Shown here one piece after another: positions 25,902 to 34,043 of a stretch of DNA of 64,000 nt (within the stretch, counting starts at the first letter, position 1; each line of letters opens with the position of its first letter). The DNA lies in NCBI GenBank assembly GCA_016872415.1, contig VGZX01000005.1, forward strand, positions 5,210 through 69,209, in the 5' to 3' direction. The translations under genes were made by a program, and so were the position numbers. Below the pieces are notes generated by a model. It saw only the letters and a program-made list of their open reading frames with translations, had not been told where the DNA came from and searched no databases. This DNA comes from SAR202 cluster bacterium (GTDB lineage: Bacteria > Chloroflexota > Dehalococcoidia > Lucifugimonadales > Australimonadaceae).

Positions 25902-27716
25902 ATGCGGCGTCCGCGCGGGTCGGAAGTCATCTCCTCCGCGACTGCGATGAGCGGCGCCAACCTCTGGCGCATCTGGGGCTTCCTCCGTCCATATTGGCCC
26001 AGCCTCCTGCTCATCCTGGCCGCCGTGGGCGTCGCCGCCGGCCTTGGGCTCATCCCGCCCCTGCTCGTGCGCCCCATCATCGACCGCGCCATCGCCGGCG
26101 CGGACCGCGACCTGCTCGCTTGGCTTGCCGGTGGCCTCATCGCCGCCGCCCTCGCCGCCGGTTTCGTCGGCGTCCTGCGGAGCTACCTCAACACGCTCGT
26201 CAGCCAGCGCATCATGTTCGACCTGCGGATGCAGATGTACACACGGTTGCAGGCGCAGTCGCTCCGTTTCTTCACCGAGGCCCGCACCGGCGAGCTTATG
26301 GCGCGCCTCACGAGCGACGTCGCCGGCATCGACACGGTCATCTCCGGCACCCTCGTCTCGATACTGTCGAACACGCTCATCCTCACCACCACGCTCGTCG
26401 CCATGGTGGCGCTGGACTGGCGCCTCACGGTCATCGCCTTGTCGCTGCTGCCGTGGCTCATCGTGCCGACCCTCACCGTCGGTAACGTCCGCCGCCGGCT
26501 CCGCGCGCGCCGTCAGCAGCAAAGCGCCACGGTCAACTCCTTCATGGCCGAGACGCTCGGCGTCAGTGGCCTGGTGCTCATCAAGACCTTCACCCGCGAG
26601 CGCGACACATTGCGCCGCTTCACGACCGAGGCGCGCGAGCTCATGCGGGTGCAAATTCGGGAAGCCCTCGTGGGCCGGTGGTATTTCATGCTGCTCGGCC
26701 TCGTCACCAGCGGCGGGCCGGCCGTTATCTACTTCGCGGGCGGGCTCGACGTCATCGCGGGCGCTCTCAGCGTCGGCACCATCGTCGCGTTCGTCGCGTT
26801 GCTCGGACGCCTCTACGGCCCCGCCACCGACCTCATGTCGCTGCACGTCGACGTGGTGACGTCCGCCGCCTACTTCGAGCGCATCTTCGAATATCTGGAC
26901 CTCCAGCCCGACATCGTGGACGCGCCGGACGCCCGAGAGCTTGCCGACGTCGAGGGACACATCGCCTTCGAGCGCGTCACCTTGGAATACGTGCCGGGCC
27001 ACCCCGCGTTGCGCGAGGTGTCCATGGAGGTGCTGCCCGGGCAGCTCGTCGCGCTCGTCGGCCCCAGCGGCGCCGGCAAGACGAGCGCCACCTATCTCAT
27101 CCCAAGGCTCTACGAGGCCACGTCGGGCCGCGTGCTCGTCGATGGTCGCGACGTGCGCCAGGTGACCATGGAATCGCTGCGGCGCCAAATCGGCTACGTC
27201 ACGCAAGAGACGTTCCTGTTCCACGCCTCGGTGCGCGACAACCTGCTCATCGCCCGGCCCGACGCGACGCAGGCTCAACTCGAGCACGCCTGCCGCACCG
27301 CCCAAATACACCACGTCATAGAGTCGCTCCCGCGCGGCTACGACACGGTCGCCGGCGAGCGCGGCTACCGTCTCTCCGGCGGCGAGAAGCAGCGGCTCGC
27401 CATCGCCCGCATCGTCCTGAAAGACCCGCGCATCCTGCTGCTCGACGAGGCGACCGCGTCGCTCGACACCCACTCCGAGCGCGCCGTGCAAGCAGCCCTG
27501 AGCGCCGTCATGGCCGGCCGCACCACCATCGTCATCGCGCACCGGCTGTCGACGGTGCTCGCCGCCGACCAGATCCTCTACTTCGAGGGTGGACGCATCG
27601 TGGAGCGCGGCACGCACGCCGATCTGCTGGCGCTCAATGGGCGCTACGCCCAATTGTACGAGCAGCAGTTCGCGGCCAAGGGCGATGTGGCCGCTCCCGG
27701 CCTGCGCGACCGCTAA
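25902..27716 (+). CDS. ABC transporter, fused permease/ATP-binding half-transporter (MsbA/MdlB type)
   Basis: Six-TM N-terminal domain, then Walker A GPSGAGKTS, signature LSGGEKQRLAIAR and Walker B ILLLDEATASLD. The start is ambiguous between ATG 25902 and ATG 25947. Confidence 0.88.
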   Translation: MRRPRGSEVISSATAMSGANLWRIWGFLRPYWPSLLLILAAVGVAAGLGLIPPLLVRPIIDRAIAGADRDLLAWLAGGLIAAALAAGFVGVLRSYLNTLVSQRIMFDLRMQMYTRLQAQSLRFFTEARTGELMARLTSDVAGIDTVISGTLVSILSNTLILTTTLVAMVALDWRLTVIALSLLPWLIVPTLTVGNVRRRLRARRQQQSATVNSFMAETLGVSGLVLIKTFTRERDTLRRFTTEARELMRVQIREALVGRWYFMLLGLVTSGGPAVIYFAGGLDVIAGALSVGTIVAFVALLGRLYGPATDLMSLHVDVVTSAAYFERIFEYLDLQPDIVDAPDARELADVEGHIAFERVTLEYVPGHPALREVSMEVLPGQLVALVGPSGAGKTSATYLIPRLYEATSGRVLVDGRDVRQVTMESLRRQIGYVTQETFLFHASVRDNLLIARPDATQAQLEHACRTAQIHHVIESLPRGYDTVAGERGYRLSGGEKQRLAIARIVLKDPRILLLDEATASLDTHSERAVQAALSAVMAGRTTIVIAHRLSTVLAADQILYFEGGRIVERGTHADLLALNGRYAQLYEQQFAAKGDVAAPGLRDR

Positions 27717-27862
27717 CGCATTTCCTGCCGATCGCGGCACTTCTGGGCGTTCTCCGGCGCCGCCGCCGGTCGTATAGTAGCATCGTGCGCACCCCATCGC
27801 CGGCGCGCGGCGGCAGTGCCCGATTGCCGTGCACCTTCCGCCCAACCGGCTGGCCCTACCCC

Positions 27863-28249
27863 ATGGTCGTGTCGTTCGGGTTCCACGTGCCCATCGACGC
27901 CGAGCACGCGCTGTATCACCAGGGCATGGCGCGTTTCACGAAGAACCCCATTTCCCGCCTCGTGTTCCGGCTCAAATACATGCTGTGGCACCGCTGGGTC
28001 GGCGAATGGCGGTTCAACAGCCAAGACGGCTCCATGGTGGCCGAGATGACCAGCAACATGAAGGCGGAGCGCCTGATGAATACGGACGCCTCCATCACCG
28101 GCTGGCGCAAGATGGTGGAGCGCCCGGCGCGCGGACAGGTTGACCAGTGGCGGTCCATCGAGGTGGAGCACGTCGCCGACCTACAGCTGGAGTTCACCGG
28201 TAAGGCCCGTGCCACCGCGGCGGCCGATCGAGGCGAGGCTGGCGCTTAA
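27863..28249 (+). pseudogene. C-terminal remnant of a second Rieske-type oxygenase catalytic domain
   Basis: PCTFRPTGWPYPMVVSFGFHVPIDAEHALYHQG..FNSQDGS..ERL..ITGWRKMV aligns with SCFMPAGLQVVGFPKRGMVHFEWYVPIDDDHHMYTILQG..FNNFDSF..ERL..IMQWRMLV of the 19527 gene. The Rieske and iron-binding parts are absent. Confidence 0.65.
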
Positions 28250-28274
28250 TTTCCCACTGGGCACTGGCATGCAC

Positions 28275-28324
28275 GGACGGAGGGGCGGTCCCGGTTTTAC
28301 CGGGCGACGCCCCTCCTCCGTTTA
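28275..28324 (+). terminator. intrinsic-terminator-like hairpin after the oxygenase remnant
   Basis: GGAGGGGCG..(inner hairpin cccggttttaccggg)..CGCCCCTCC, followed by TCCGTTTAACC. Confidence 0.5.
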
Positions 28325-28390
28325 ACCGTCACGCCGGGCGCACCCTGTTATCCTAGTAGCCATGGCCGCAGCCCAACCGTGGAGCGAGCG

Positions 28391-28972
28391 ATGACCGTCA
28401 CCCGCAACCTACCCGCCGCGCGAGCATTGGACGCGTCCGACGCGATGCGCTGGGCGCGGCTCGTGATCGGATCGTTGGGCCTCAAACCCGGCGCCTTGGT
28501 GCTGGGCTTCGGCGACCCTGGCGACGCCCACTTGCAAGCCCTCGCCTCGTTGGGCATGGACGTGACCGTGCAGCCGGCCGACACCCCCTATTTCGAGAGC
28601 ATCGCCGACGTCCGGCTCACCATTGGCTGTCGCATTGAGGCCGCGACCGACGGCTCATATGACGGCCGCTTCGATGCCGTCGTAAGCGTGGCGCCGTCGT
28701 TCGGCGGCATGGGCGCCGCCGGCGCCCAACGCCTGCTCACCGCGATGTCCAATGCCCTTCGCGGCGGCGCCAAGCTATTCCTCGACCTGCCGAACCCCGG
28801 CGGGCGCGCCGGAAGCGGCGAGGCGGCATGCGACCGCGCGACGATGGTCGGCATGCTGCGCGAGGCCGCCTTCGTGTTCGAGGGCGCGCATGGCGATGCC
28901 GGCGGCGCGGGCTACCACGAATCCACCAGCCCACGCCTCATGCTCATCGGCCGCAAGCCGGACGGTTGCTAG
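28391..28972 (+). CDS. class I methyltransferase-fold protein with a degenerate SAM motif (hypothetical)
   Basis: LVLGFGDPGD in place of VLDLGCGTG, then FDAVVSV and LRGGAKLFLDLP resembling MTase motifs II and III. ATG at 28391 after GGAG. Confidence 0.55.
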   Translation: MTVTRNLPAARALDASDAMRWARLVIGSLGLKPGALVLGFGDPGDAHLQALASLGMDVTVQPADTPYFESIADVRLTIGCRIEAATDGSYDGRFDAVVSVAPSFGGMGAAGAQRLLTAMSNALRGGAKLFLDLPNPGGRAGSGEAACDRATMVGMLREAAFVFEGAHGDAGGAGYHESTSPRLMLIGRKPDGC

Positions 28973-29085
28973 GCGGCGCTCGCTGGCGGGCGGCGCGATG
29001 TTATGATGGCGCCGCTGTCGCGGCACCCTTCCGGCCCAAGGCCACGGCTCCGCTTCGCAGCTAAACGGCACGATGGTCACGGACG

Positions 29086-29868
29086 ATGCTCACACTTGCT
29101 GGCAGGGGCGTGATCCTCGCGGGCGCACGCCGCATCGGCGCCGATGTGGCGCGCCGGCTGGCCGCCGATGGCATCCACGTCGCCATCGCCTACCGCAGCT
29201 CCCGCGCCGAGGCCGACCTGCTGGCCGACGACCTCCGCTCCGCGGGAGTCCGCGCCGCATTGGTCCAGGCGGACCTCGCCGATGAAACGAGCGTCGAGCG
29301 GCTCGTCACCGAGGCCGCCGAAGTCCTCGGTGATCTCTCGTTCGTGGTCAACCTCGCCTCCGACTATCCCCGCACGCCGCTCGACCGGCTGGATGCCGTG
29401 GCCTGGGACAAGGCGATGGACACCGCGAAGGGCAGCTACCTGCTGGCCGTGCATGCCGCCCGCCGCATGCGGCGCAACCCGGCGCCGACGCGCGGGCACA
29501 TCGTGCTGTTCGGCGACTGGGCAGCCGGCGAAACCCCCTACGTCAACTACTTGCCCTACCTGACGGCAAAGGCCTCCATCCACTTCCTCACGCGAGGTCT
29601 CGCCGCGGAGCTTGCGCCGCATGGCATACTGGTGAACTGCATCGCCCCCGGCCCCACCGCCCGCCCCCACGAGATATCCGAGGCGGAATGGCGCCAGATC
29701 ATCGCGGCCAAGACGCCGCTCGACCGCGAATCGTCGGCCTCCGACATCGCCGAGCTCATCGCGACGCTGCTGAAAAGCGAAACGATCACGGGCGAGGTCA
29801 TCCGGGTCGACGCGGGTCGCCATATCGCGGGCCCCGGCATCGAGAGGAGACGCCATGCCAGTCCATAA
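29086..29868 (+). CDS. short-chain dehydrogenase/reductase of the FolM / pteridine reductase type
   Basis: Cofactor motif LAGARRIG (compare E. coli FolM TGGGRRIG), catalytic YLTAKASI, VNCIAPG, and a C-terminal ITGEVIRVDAGRHI like FolM/PTR1. Confidence 0.75.
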   Translation: MLTLAGRGVILAGARRIGADVARRLAADGIHVAIAYRSSRAEADLLADDLRSAGVRAALVQADLADETSVERLVTEAAEVLGDLSFVVNLASDYPRTPLDRLDAVAWDKAMDTAKGSYLLAVHAARRMRRNPAPTRGHIVLFGDWAAGETPYVNYLPYLTAKASIHFLTRGLAAELAPHGILVNCIAPGPTARPHEISEAEWRQIIAAKTPLDRESSASDIAELIATLLKSETITGEVIRVDAGRHIAGPGIERRRHASP

Positions 29869-30265
29869 GGTCACCAAGACCATCGACTTCTGCTACGGTC
29901 ACCGCCTGCTCGATTACGACGGCAAGTGCCGTCACCTCCACGGCCACAACGGCCTGCTGGAAGTGGACGTGACGAGCGAGCGCCTCGACGGCCTTGGCAT
30001 GGTCATGGACTTCACCGACATCCGCGAGATCGTGAAGGGCTGGGTCGACGCCAACCTCGATCACCGGATGCTCCTCAGCCGGCGCGATCCCGTCGTCCCC
30101 ATGCTGCAGGGCATTGGCGAGCCGTTGTACCTGCTCGACGACAACCCCACCGCCGAGAACATCGCCAAGCTCATCTTCCGCGAGGTGCGCGAGCAGGGCT
30201 TGCAGGTGAGCGAGGTGCGGCTGTGGGAGACGCCAAACAGCTACGCGACGTACCGGGAGGACTGA
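29855..30265 (+). CDS. queD: 6-carboxy-5,6,7,8-tetrahydropterin synthase / 6-pyruvoyl-tetrahydropterin synthase family
   Basis: 136 aa. FCYGHRLLDYDGKCRHLHGHNG (Cx3HGH) and MVMDFTDIRE. Overlaps the SDR gene by 14 nt, with GAGAGGAGA RBS. Confidence 0.85.
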   Translation: MPVHKVTKTIDFCYGHRLLDYDGKCRHLHGHNGLLEVDVTSERLDGLGMVMDFTDIREIVKGWVDANLDHRMLLSRRDPVVPMLQGIGEPLYLLDDNPTAENIAKLIFREVREQGLQVSEVRLWETPNSYATYRED

Positions 30266-30939
30266 TGGAGCCCATCGCCGTGCTCACCAGCGGCGGCCTC
30301 GACAGCTGCGTCATGCTGGCCGACCTCGCCCGCACCCGCATCGCCCATCCCATCTACGTCCAAGCCGGCTTGGCCTGGGAGGCCGAGGAACGGAAGGTGC
30401 TGGAGGCCTACATCGCCGCCCTGCGCGACGTCAACGTCCGGCCGCTCACGACCCTCTCCGTCCCCGTGGCGCCGATGTATGGCCGTCACTGGAGCATCAC
30501 CGGCGAAGGCGTGCCCGGTGCCGACGCTCCCGACCGAGCGGTGTTTCTGCCGGGGCGGAACATCCTGCTCATCGGCCTGGCCGCCGTGTGGTGCAGCACC
30601 CACGACACGCACGAAATCGCCATCGGCTCGCTCGAAGCCAACCCGTTCCCCGACGCCTCGCCCGAGTTCTTCGACCTCTTCGGCCGCGCCCTCACCATGG
30701 GCCTGGGCCACGATGTCCGCGTCGTGGCGCCTTATCGCGGCCTGTTCAAGTCGGAGCTGATACGCCGGAACGCCGGCCTGCCCCTGGAGCTCAGCCTCAC
30801 CTGCGCCAATCCGCGGAACGGCGTTCACTGTGGCGATTGCAACAAGTGCGCCGAACGCCACGGCGCCTTCATCGACGCCGGCGTCACCGACAAGACCCGC
30901 TACGCAAAGCCCCTTGAAGGAGGGCGACGACATGGATAG
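30265..30939 (+). CDS. queC: 7-cyano-7-deazaguanine synthase family (PP-loop ATPase)
   Basis: MEPIAVLTSGGLDSCV PP-loop, FLPGRNILLIG, and a C-terminal zinc cluster CANPRNGVHCGDCNKCAERH. TGATG overlap with queD. Confidence 0.8.
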   Translation: MEPIAVLTSGGLDSCVMLADLARTRIAHPIYVQAGLAWEAEERKVLEAYIAALRDVNVRPLTTLSVPVAPMYGRHWSITGEGVPGADAPDRAVFLPGRNILLIGLAAVWCSTHDTHEIAIGSLEANPFPDASPEFFDLFGRALTMGLGHDVRVVAPYRGLFKSELIRRNAGLPLELSLTCANPRNGVHCGDCNKCAERHGAFIDAGVTDKTRYAKPLEGGRRHG

Positions 30940-31549
30940 GACGGAACGCTACGAGAAGCTGGTGCCGCTGCTGCGAGAGGTGTTGGTCGCCCTCGGCGAG
31001 GACTCTCATCGTGAAGGCATCGAGCGCACGCCCCAGCGTTGGGCCGATGCCCTGCTCACCTACACCGCCGGCAACGAGGTCGACCCCAAGGAGCACCTCA
31101 AGGTGATCTTCCAGCTCGAGGAGGATGACCTGCCCATTGGCTCCGACGACCTGATCATGCAAGACCACATCGAGTTCACGTCGACCTGCGAGCACCACAT
31201 CGCGCCATTCCACGGCGTGGTCCACCTCGCCTACATCCCCAATCCGGAGAGCCGCGTGATCACCGGGCTCTCCAAGCTGTCGCGCGTGGTCGACGTGTTC
31301 GCCCGGCGGCTCCAAGTGCAAGAGCGCATGACCCAGCAGATCGCCCGCGCCATCGACGAGAACCTGCGCCCGCTTGGCGTCATCGTGGTGGTGCAGGCCG
31401 CGCACTTCTGCATGGTGCAGCGCGGCGTGCAGCAGCGCAGCAGCGCCACGCTCACCACCGCGCGGCGTGGACTGTTCCTCACCAACCCAGACCTGGAAGC
31501 CCGCTTCCAAAACTACCTGCGCCTGCGGGTCCGCCCAAAGGACGACTAG
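30932..31549 (+). CDS. folE: GTP cyclohydrolase I (FolE type IA)
   Basis: REGIERTPQRWADAL, FTSTCEHHIAPFHGVVHLAYIP, ITGLSKLSRVVDVFARRLQVQERMT and VVVQAAHFCMVQRGV. GAAGGAGGG RBS. 8-nt overlap with queC. Confidence 0.92.
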   Translation: MDRTERYEKLVPLLREVLVALGEDSHREGIERTPQRWADALLTYTAGNEVDPKEHLKVIFQLEEDDLPIGSDDLIMQDHIEFTSTCEHHIAPFHGVVHLAYIPNPESRVITGLSKLSRVVDVFARRLQVQERMTQQIARAIDENLRPLGVIVVVQAAHFCMVQRGVQQRSSATLTTARRGLFLTNPDLEARFQNYLRLRVRPKDD

Positions 31550-31938
31550 GCGCGGCCGTTCGCCCCCGCCCAGCGGTCAGGCGGCTCCGGCAGGCGCGCC
31601 GCGATGCGGAGCAGCCGGCTCAACTCGGCCTCGTCGATCTCGCTCGCGCTCCGCACCTTCACGCGGCGCAGGCTCTGGCCGATGCCTTGCAGCAGGCTCG
31701 GTTCCATCCGCGCGCCCGCGAAAAAGCCGAAATTCACATGGTTCCGATAGGAAACGATCCACGCCACGGCCTTGCCATTCGTGGCGAACACCGGATTGCC
31801 CCATGAATTGAGGCTCTCCGCCACCTGCTCGAGCGTCTCGCGCACCAGTGCCCGCAGCCGCTCAACGATCGCCGAGAGCCTCGGGTCGAGCGCGGCGACG
31901 TATTCCTGGACCGTCCTTGGACGGGCATGCTCGCTCAC
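31546..31938 (-). CDS. DUF1801 (YdhG-like) domain protein
   Basis: 130 aa, GTG start after GGAGGA. VQEYVAALDPRLSAIVERLRALVRETL..WGNPVFATNGKAVAWIVSYRNHVNFGFF. Confidence 0.7.
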   Translation of the reverse strand: MSEHARPRTVQEYVAALDPRLSAIVERLRALVRETLEQVAESLNSWGNPVFATNGKAVAWIVSYRNHVNFGFFAGARMEPSLLQGIGQSLRRVKVRSASEIDEAELSRLLRIAARLPEPPDRWAGANGRA

Positions 31939-32000
31939 GGGTCATCCTCCGGCGGCCGAGGATACTATACAGCAATGTGGGCGCACCCCCCTGGGCTGAA

Positions 32001-32038
32001 GGGCGGAGCGAAGGGATTTGAACCCTCGGTCTCCAGGG
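32001..32038 (-). pseudogene. tRNA 3'-half remnant (anticodon-stem 3' strand, variable loop, T-arm, acceptor 3' strand)
   Basis: The minus-strand sense CCCTGGAGACCGAGGGTTCAAATCCCTTCGCTCCGCCC matches tRNA-His 62838-62875 at 35 of 38 positions. The upstream sequence cannot form acceptor, D or anticodon stems. Confidence 0.6.
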
Positions 32039-32080
32039 CGACAGGCCCCCGCGGGCTGGGGCGCGAAATCGACGCTGGCC

Positions 32081-32086
32081 TATAAT
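32081..32086 (+). promoter_or_regulatory. TATAAT -10 box 6 nt upstream of the MFS ATG (leaderless-type spacing)
   Basis: ggccTATAATccgccgATG. There is no SD sequence between the box and the ATG. Confidence 0.4.
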
Positions 32087-32092
32087 CCGCCG

Positions 32093-33396
32093 ATGGACCC
32101 TCCAAGGCACTCCACGCCGGGCCCTGCCGCGCCTCCCGGACCTCGACGGCGGTTTTACTACGGATGGGTCATCCTCGCCGTCGGTGTCATCGGCACCTTC
32201 ATATTCAGCCCCGGCCAAACCTACGTCGTGTCCGTGTTCGTCGACCCCATCCAGCAAGAGACCGGCTGGTCGCGGACGCTCATCGCTGGCCTCTACACGC
32301 TCGGCTCGCTCACCGCGGCCACCGCCATGTTTCTCATTGGCCGGCTGATGGATCGTTACGGCGCCCGCGTCATGCTCACGGCGGTGGGCGTGCTCTTCGG
32401 CCTCGCCGCCCTGTGGATGAGCCAGGCCGGCCACCCCGTCCAGTTCTATGTCGGCTTCGCCCTGCTCCGCATCCTCGGCCAAGGCTCGCTCACGCTGCTG
32501 CCGTCCACCATGGTGGCGCTCTGGTTCACGCGGCTTCGCGGGCGCGCGCTCTCCATCACGGCGCTGGGCTCCGTCCTCGGGCAAGCGACGTTCCCGCCGC
32601 TCATACACCTCGCCATTGACCGTACGGACTGGCGCATGGCGTGGATCATGCTCGCGGCGGTCATTTGGATCGTGCTGCTGCCCCCGCGCTGTTGCTGGTG
32701 CGCCGCTCGCCCGAGTCGATGGGCTTGCTGCCCGACGGCGACACGCCCGAGCGGCCGGGCCGCCCGCGCGCCGGTTCCGGCGTCGAGCGAGCCAACGATT
32801 TCGCGTTCCGTGATGCGGTCCGCACCCGGGCATTTTGGCTGCTCATGTTCGCGGGGTCGTCGCACTCGTTCATCGCCACCGCGCTCACGTTCCACCACGT
32901 CTCGTTCATGGGCAGCAAGAGGCTCGACGCCACCATCGCCGCCTCCGTGTTCACGGTCATGGCGCCCTCGTCGCTTGCCGGCACCCTCGTCGTCGGCTAC
33001 CTGGCCGACCGCATGCCAGGCCGCCACCTGCTCGCGTTCTCCCAGGTCGTCCTCGCGGGGGCCGTGCTGTGGTCGTTCACCGTGTCCGCACCGTGGCAGG
33101 CATTGGTCTACGGCGGCCTGCTTGGGATCAGTGGCGGATTCGGCCTCACGCTTCAGTCGATCATCTGGCCGAACTACTTCGGGCGAAAGAGCCTTGGCTC
33201 GATTCGGGGTGCCGCCACCACGAGCATGGTCGCGTCGGCGGCCATCGGCCCGCTGCCCTTCGCATGGCTGCAAACGCTGGGCGGCGACTACGCCCTCGCC
33301 GTCCTCGCCTTTCTCGCCCTGCCCGCGCTGTGCGCCGTCGCGGCATTGCTTGCCGTGCCGCCCCGCGCGCCCGCGCCGGTTGCCGCGAACCCCTGA
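32093..33396 (+). pseudogene. MFS transporter interrupted by a single-base frameshift
   Basis: Frame of 32093 reads FYYGWVILAVGVIGTFIFSPGQ..WIMLAAVIWIVLLPP. Frame of 32641 continues ALLLVRRSPESMGLLPDG..WLLMFAGSSHSFIATAL... The join lies at the C5 run 32681-32685, where one base appears to be missing. Confidence 0.8.
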
Positions 33397-33611
33397 CGTC
33401 GGCCGGTGCACATCTCGGCCCGCGCTCGCGTCCAGGCAAGTGGGTATAACGCGTTTGTCATGCCGACGGACGATGATTGTCGCCCCCTATTCCGCGCCCG
33501 GCCATGCCGCCGCACCCGCTCCGGGGCCCCCCGCGCGCTACGGTGGTCGCCGTGCCGCTTGCACCGGCCGACCCGGCCTCATGATCGACACTCTAGCGAG
33601 GGGACGACACG

Positions 33612-33770
33612 ATGAAGGCGTACGAGGCTCCTAGCCGCGAGGCTCTTGGTAGCGTGTTCGTGGTGACGCGGACCGTGCTGAAGACGATCGGCGTCGGCGA
33701 CGGCGTGATTTTCGACCCGGGTAACCCCGGCCCCATCCCCGCATCGCCCATCGGCGGCTCCGCGATCTAG
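33612..33770 (+). CDS. 52-codon ORF with a lasso-peptide-like leader (candidate RiPP precursor, orphan)
   Basis: Below the ORF-track size cutoff. GAGGGGA lies 8 nt upstream of the ATG. MKAYEAPSREALGSVFVVTRTVLKTIGVGDGVIFDPGNPGPIPASPIGGSAI. Codon third positions are GC-rich like neighbouring genes. Confidence 0.35.
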   Translation: MKAYEAPSREALGSVFVVTRTVLKTIGVGDGVIFDPGNPGPIPASPIGGSAI

Positions 33771-34043
33771 CCTCGGTCGGTGCGGGATTGGCGACCCGCC
33801 ATCGCGGGCGGAAGCGTGATGAGCAGGCCAATCGGATGCGTGCCCGCCGGTAGCGGAGCGGGCGCGCCTGCCTGGTCTGCTCGTCGCTTTCGTTCAGTCT
33901 CGCGCGCCGGTGCGGGAGCGACGGTCACGCGGTCGGCTGCGTCATCCTTGCCGCCGCGCCTCGTCGCCGGACGTTCGGCGTAACGCGGCGCCCCACCGGC
34001 AGCCGGACCGGTAGGGCGCTTCGCTATGCGTGGGCGTCTGCCT

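Noticed and set aside
26678-27862. 523-aa ORF spanning the ABC transporter in another frame.
   Set aside because: Only its last 130-150 codons or so (the Rieske oxygenase remnant) look like protein. The rest is Arg-rich out-of-frame translation of the ABC gene.
28973-29085. preQ1, THF or ZTP riboswitch in front of the pterin/queuosine-type operon.
   Set aside because: None of the conserved cores I remember (preQ1-I tail, THF or pfl motifs) is visible in the 113-nt leader. This cannot be excluded without a covariance search.
32001-32080. A complete minus-strand tRNA at the T-arm-like sequence.
   Set aside because: No complementary 5' acceptor strand (CGGAGCG) is present, there is no D-arm with GG, and the anticodon stem cannot pair. 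Only the 3' half is tRNA-like.
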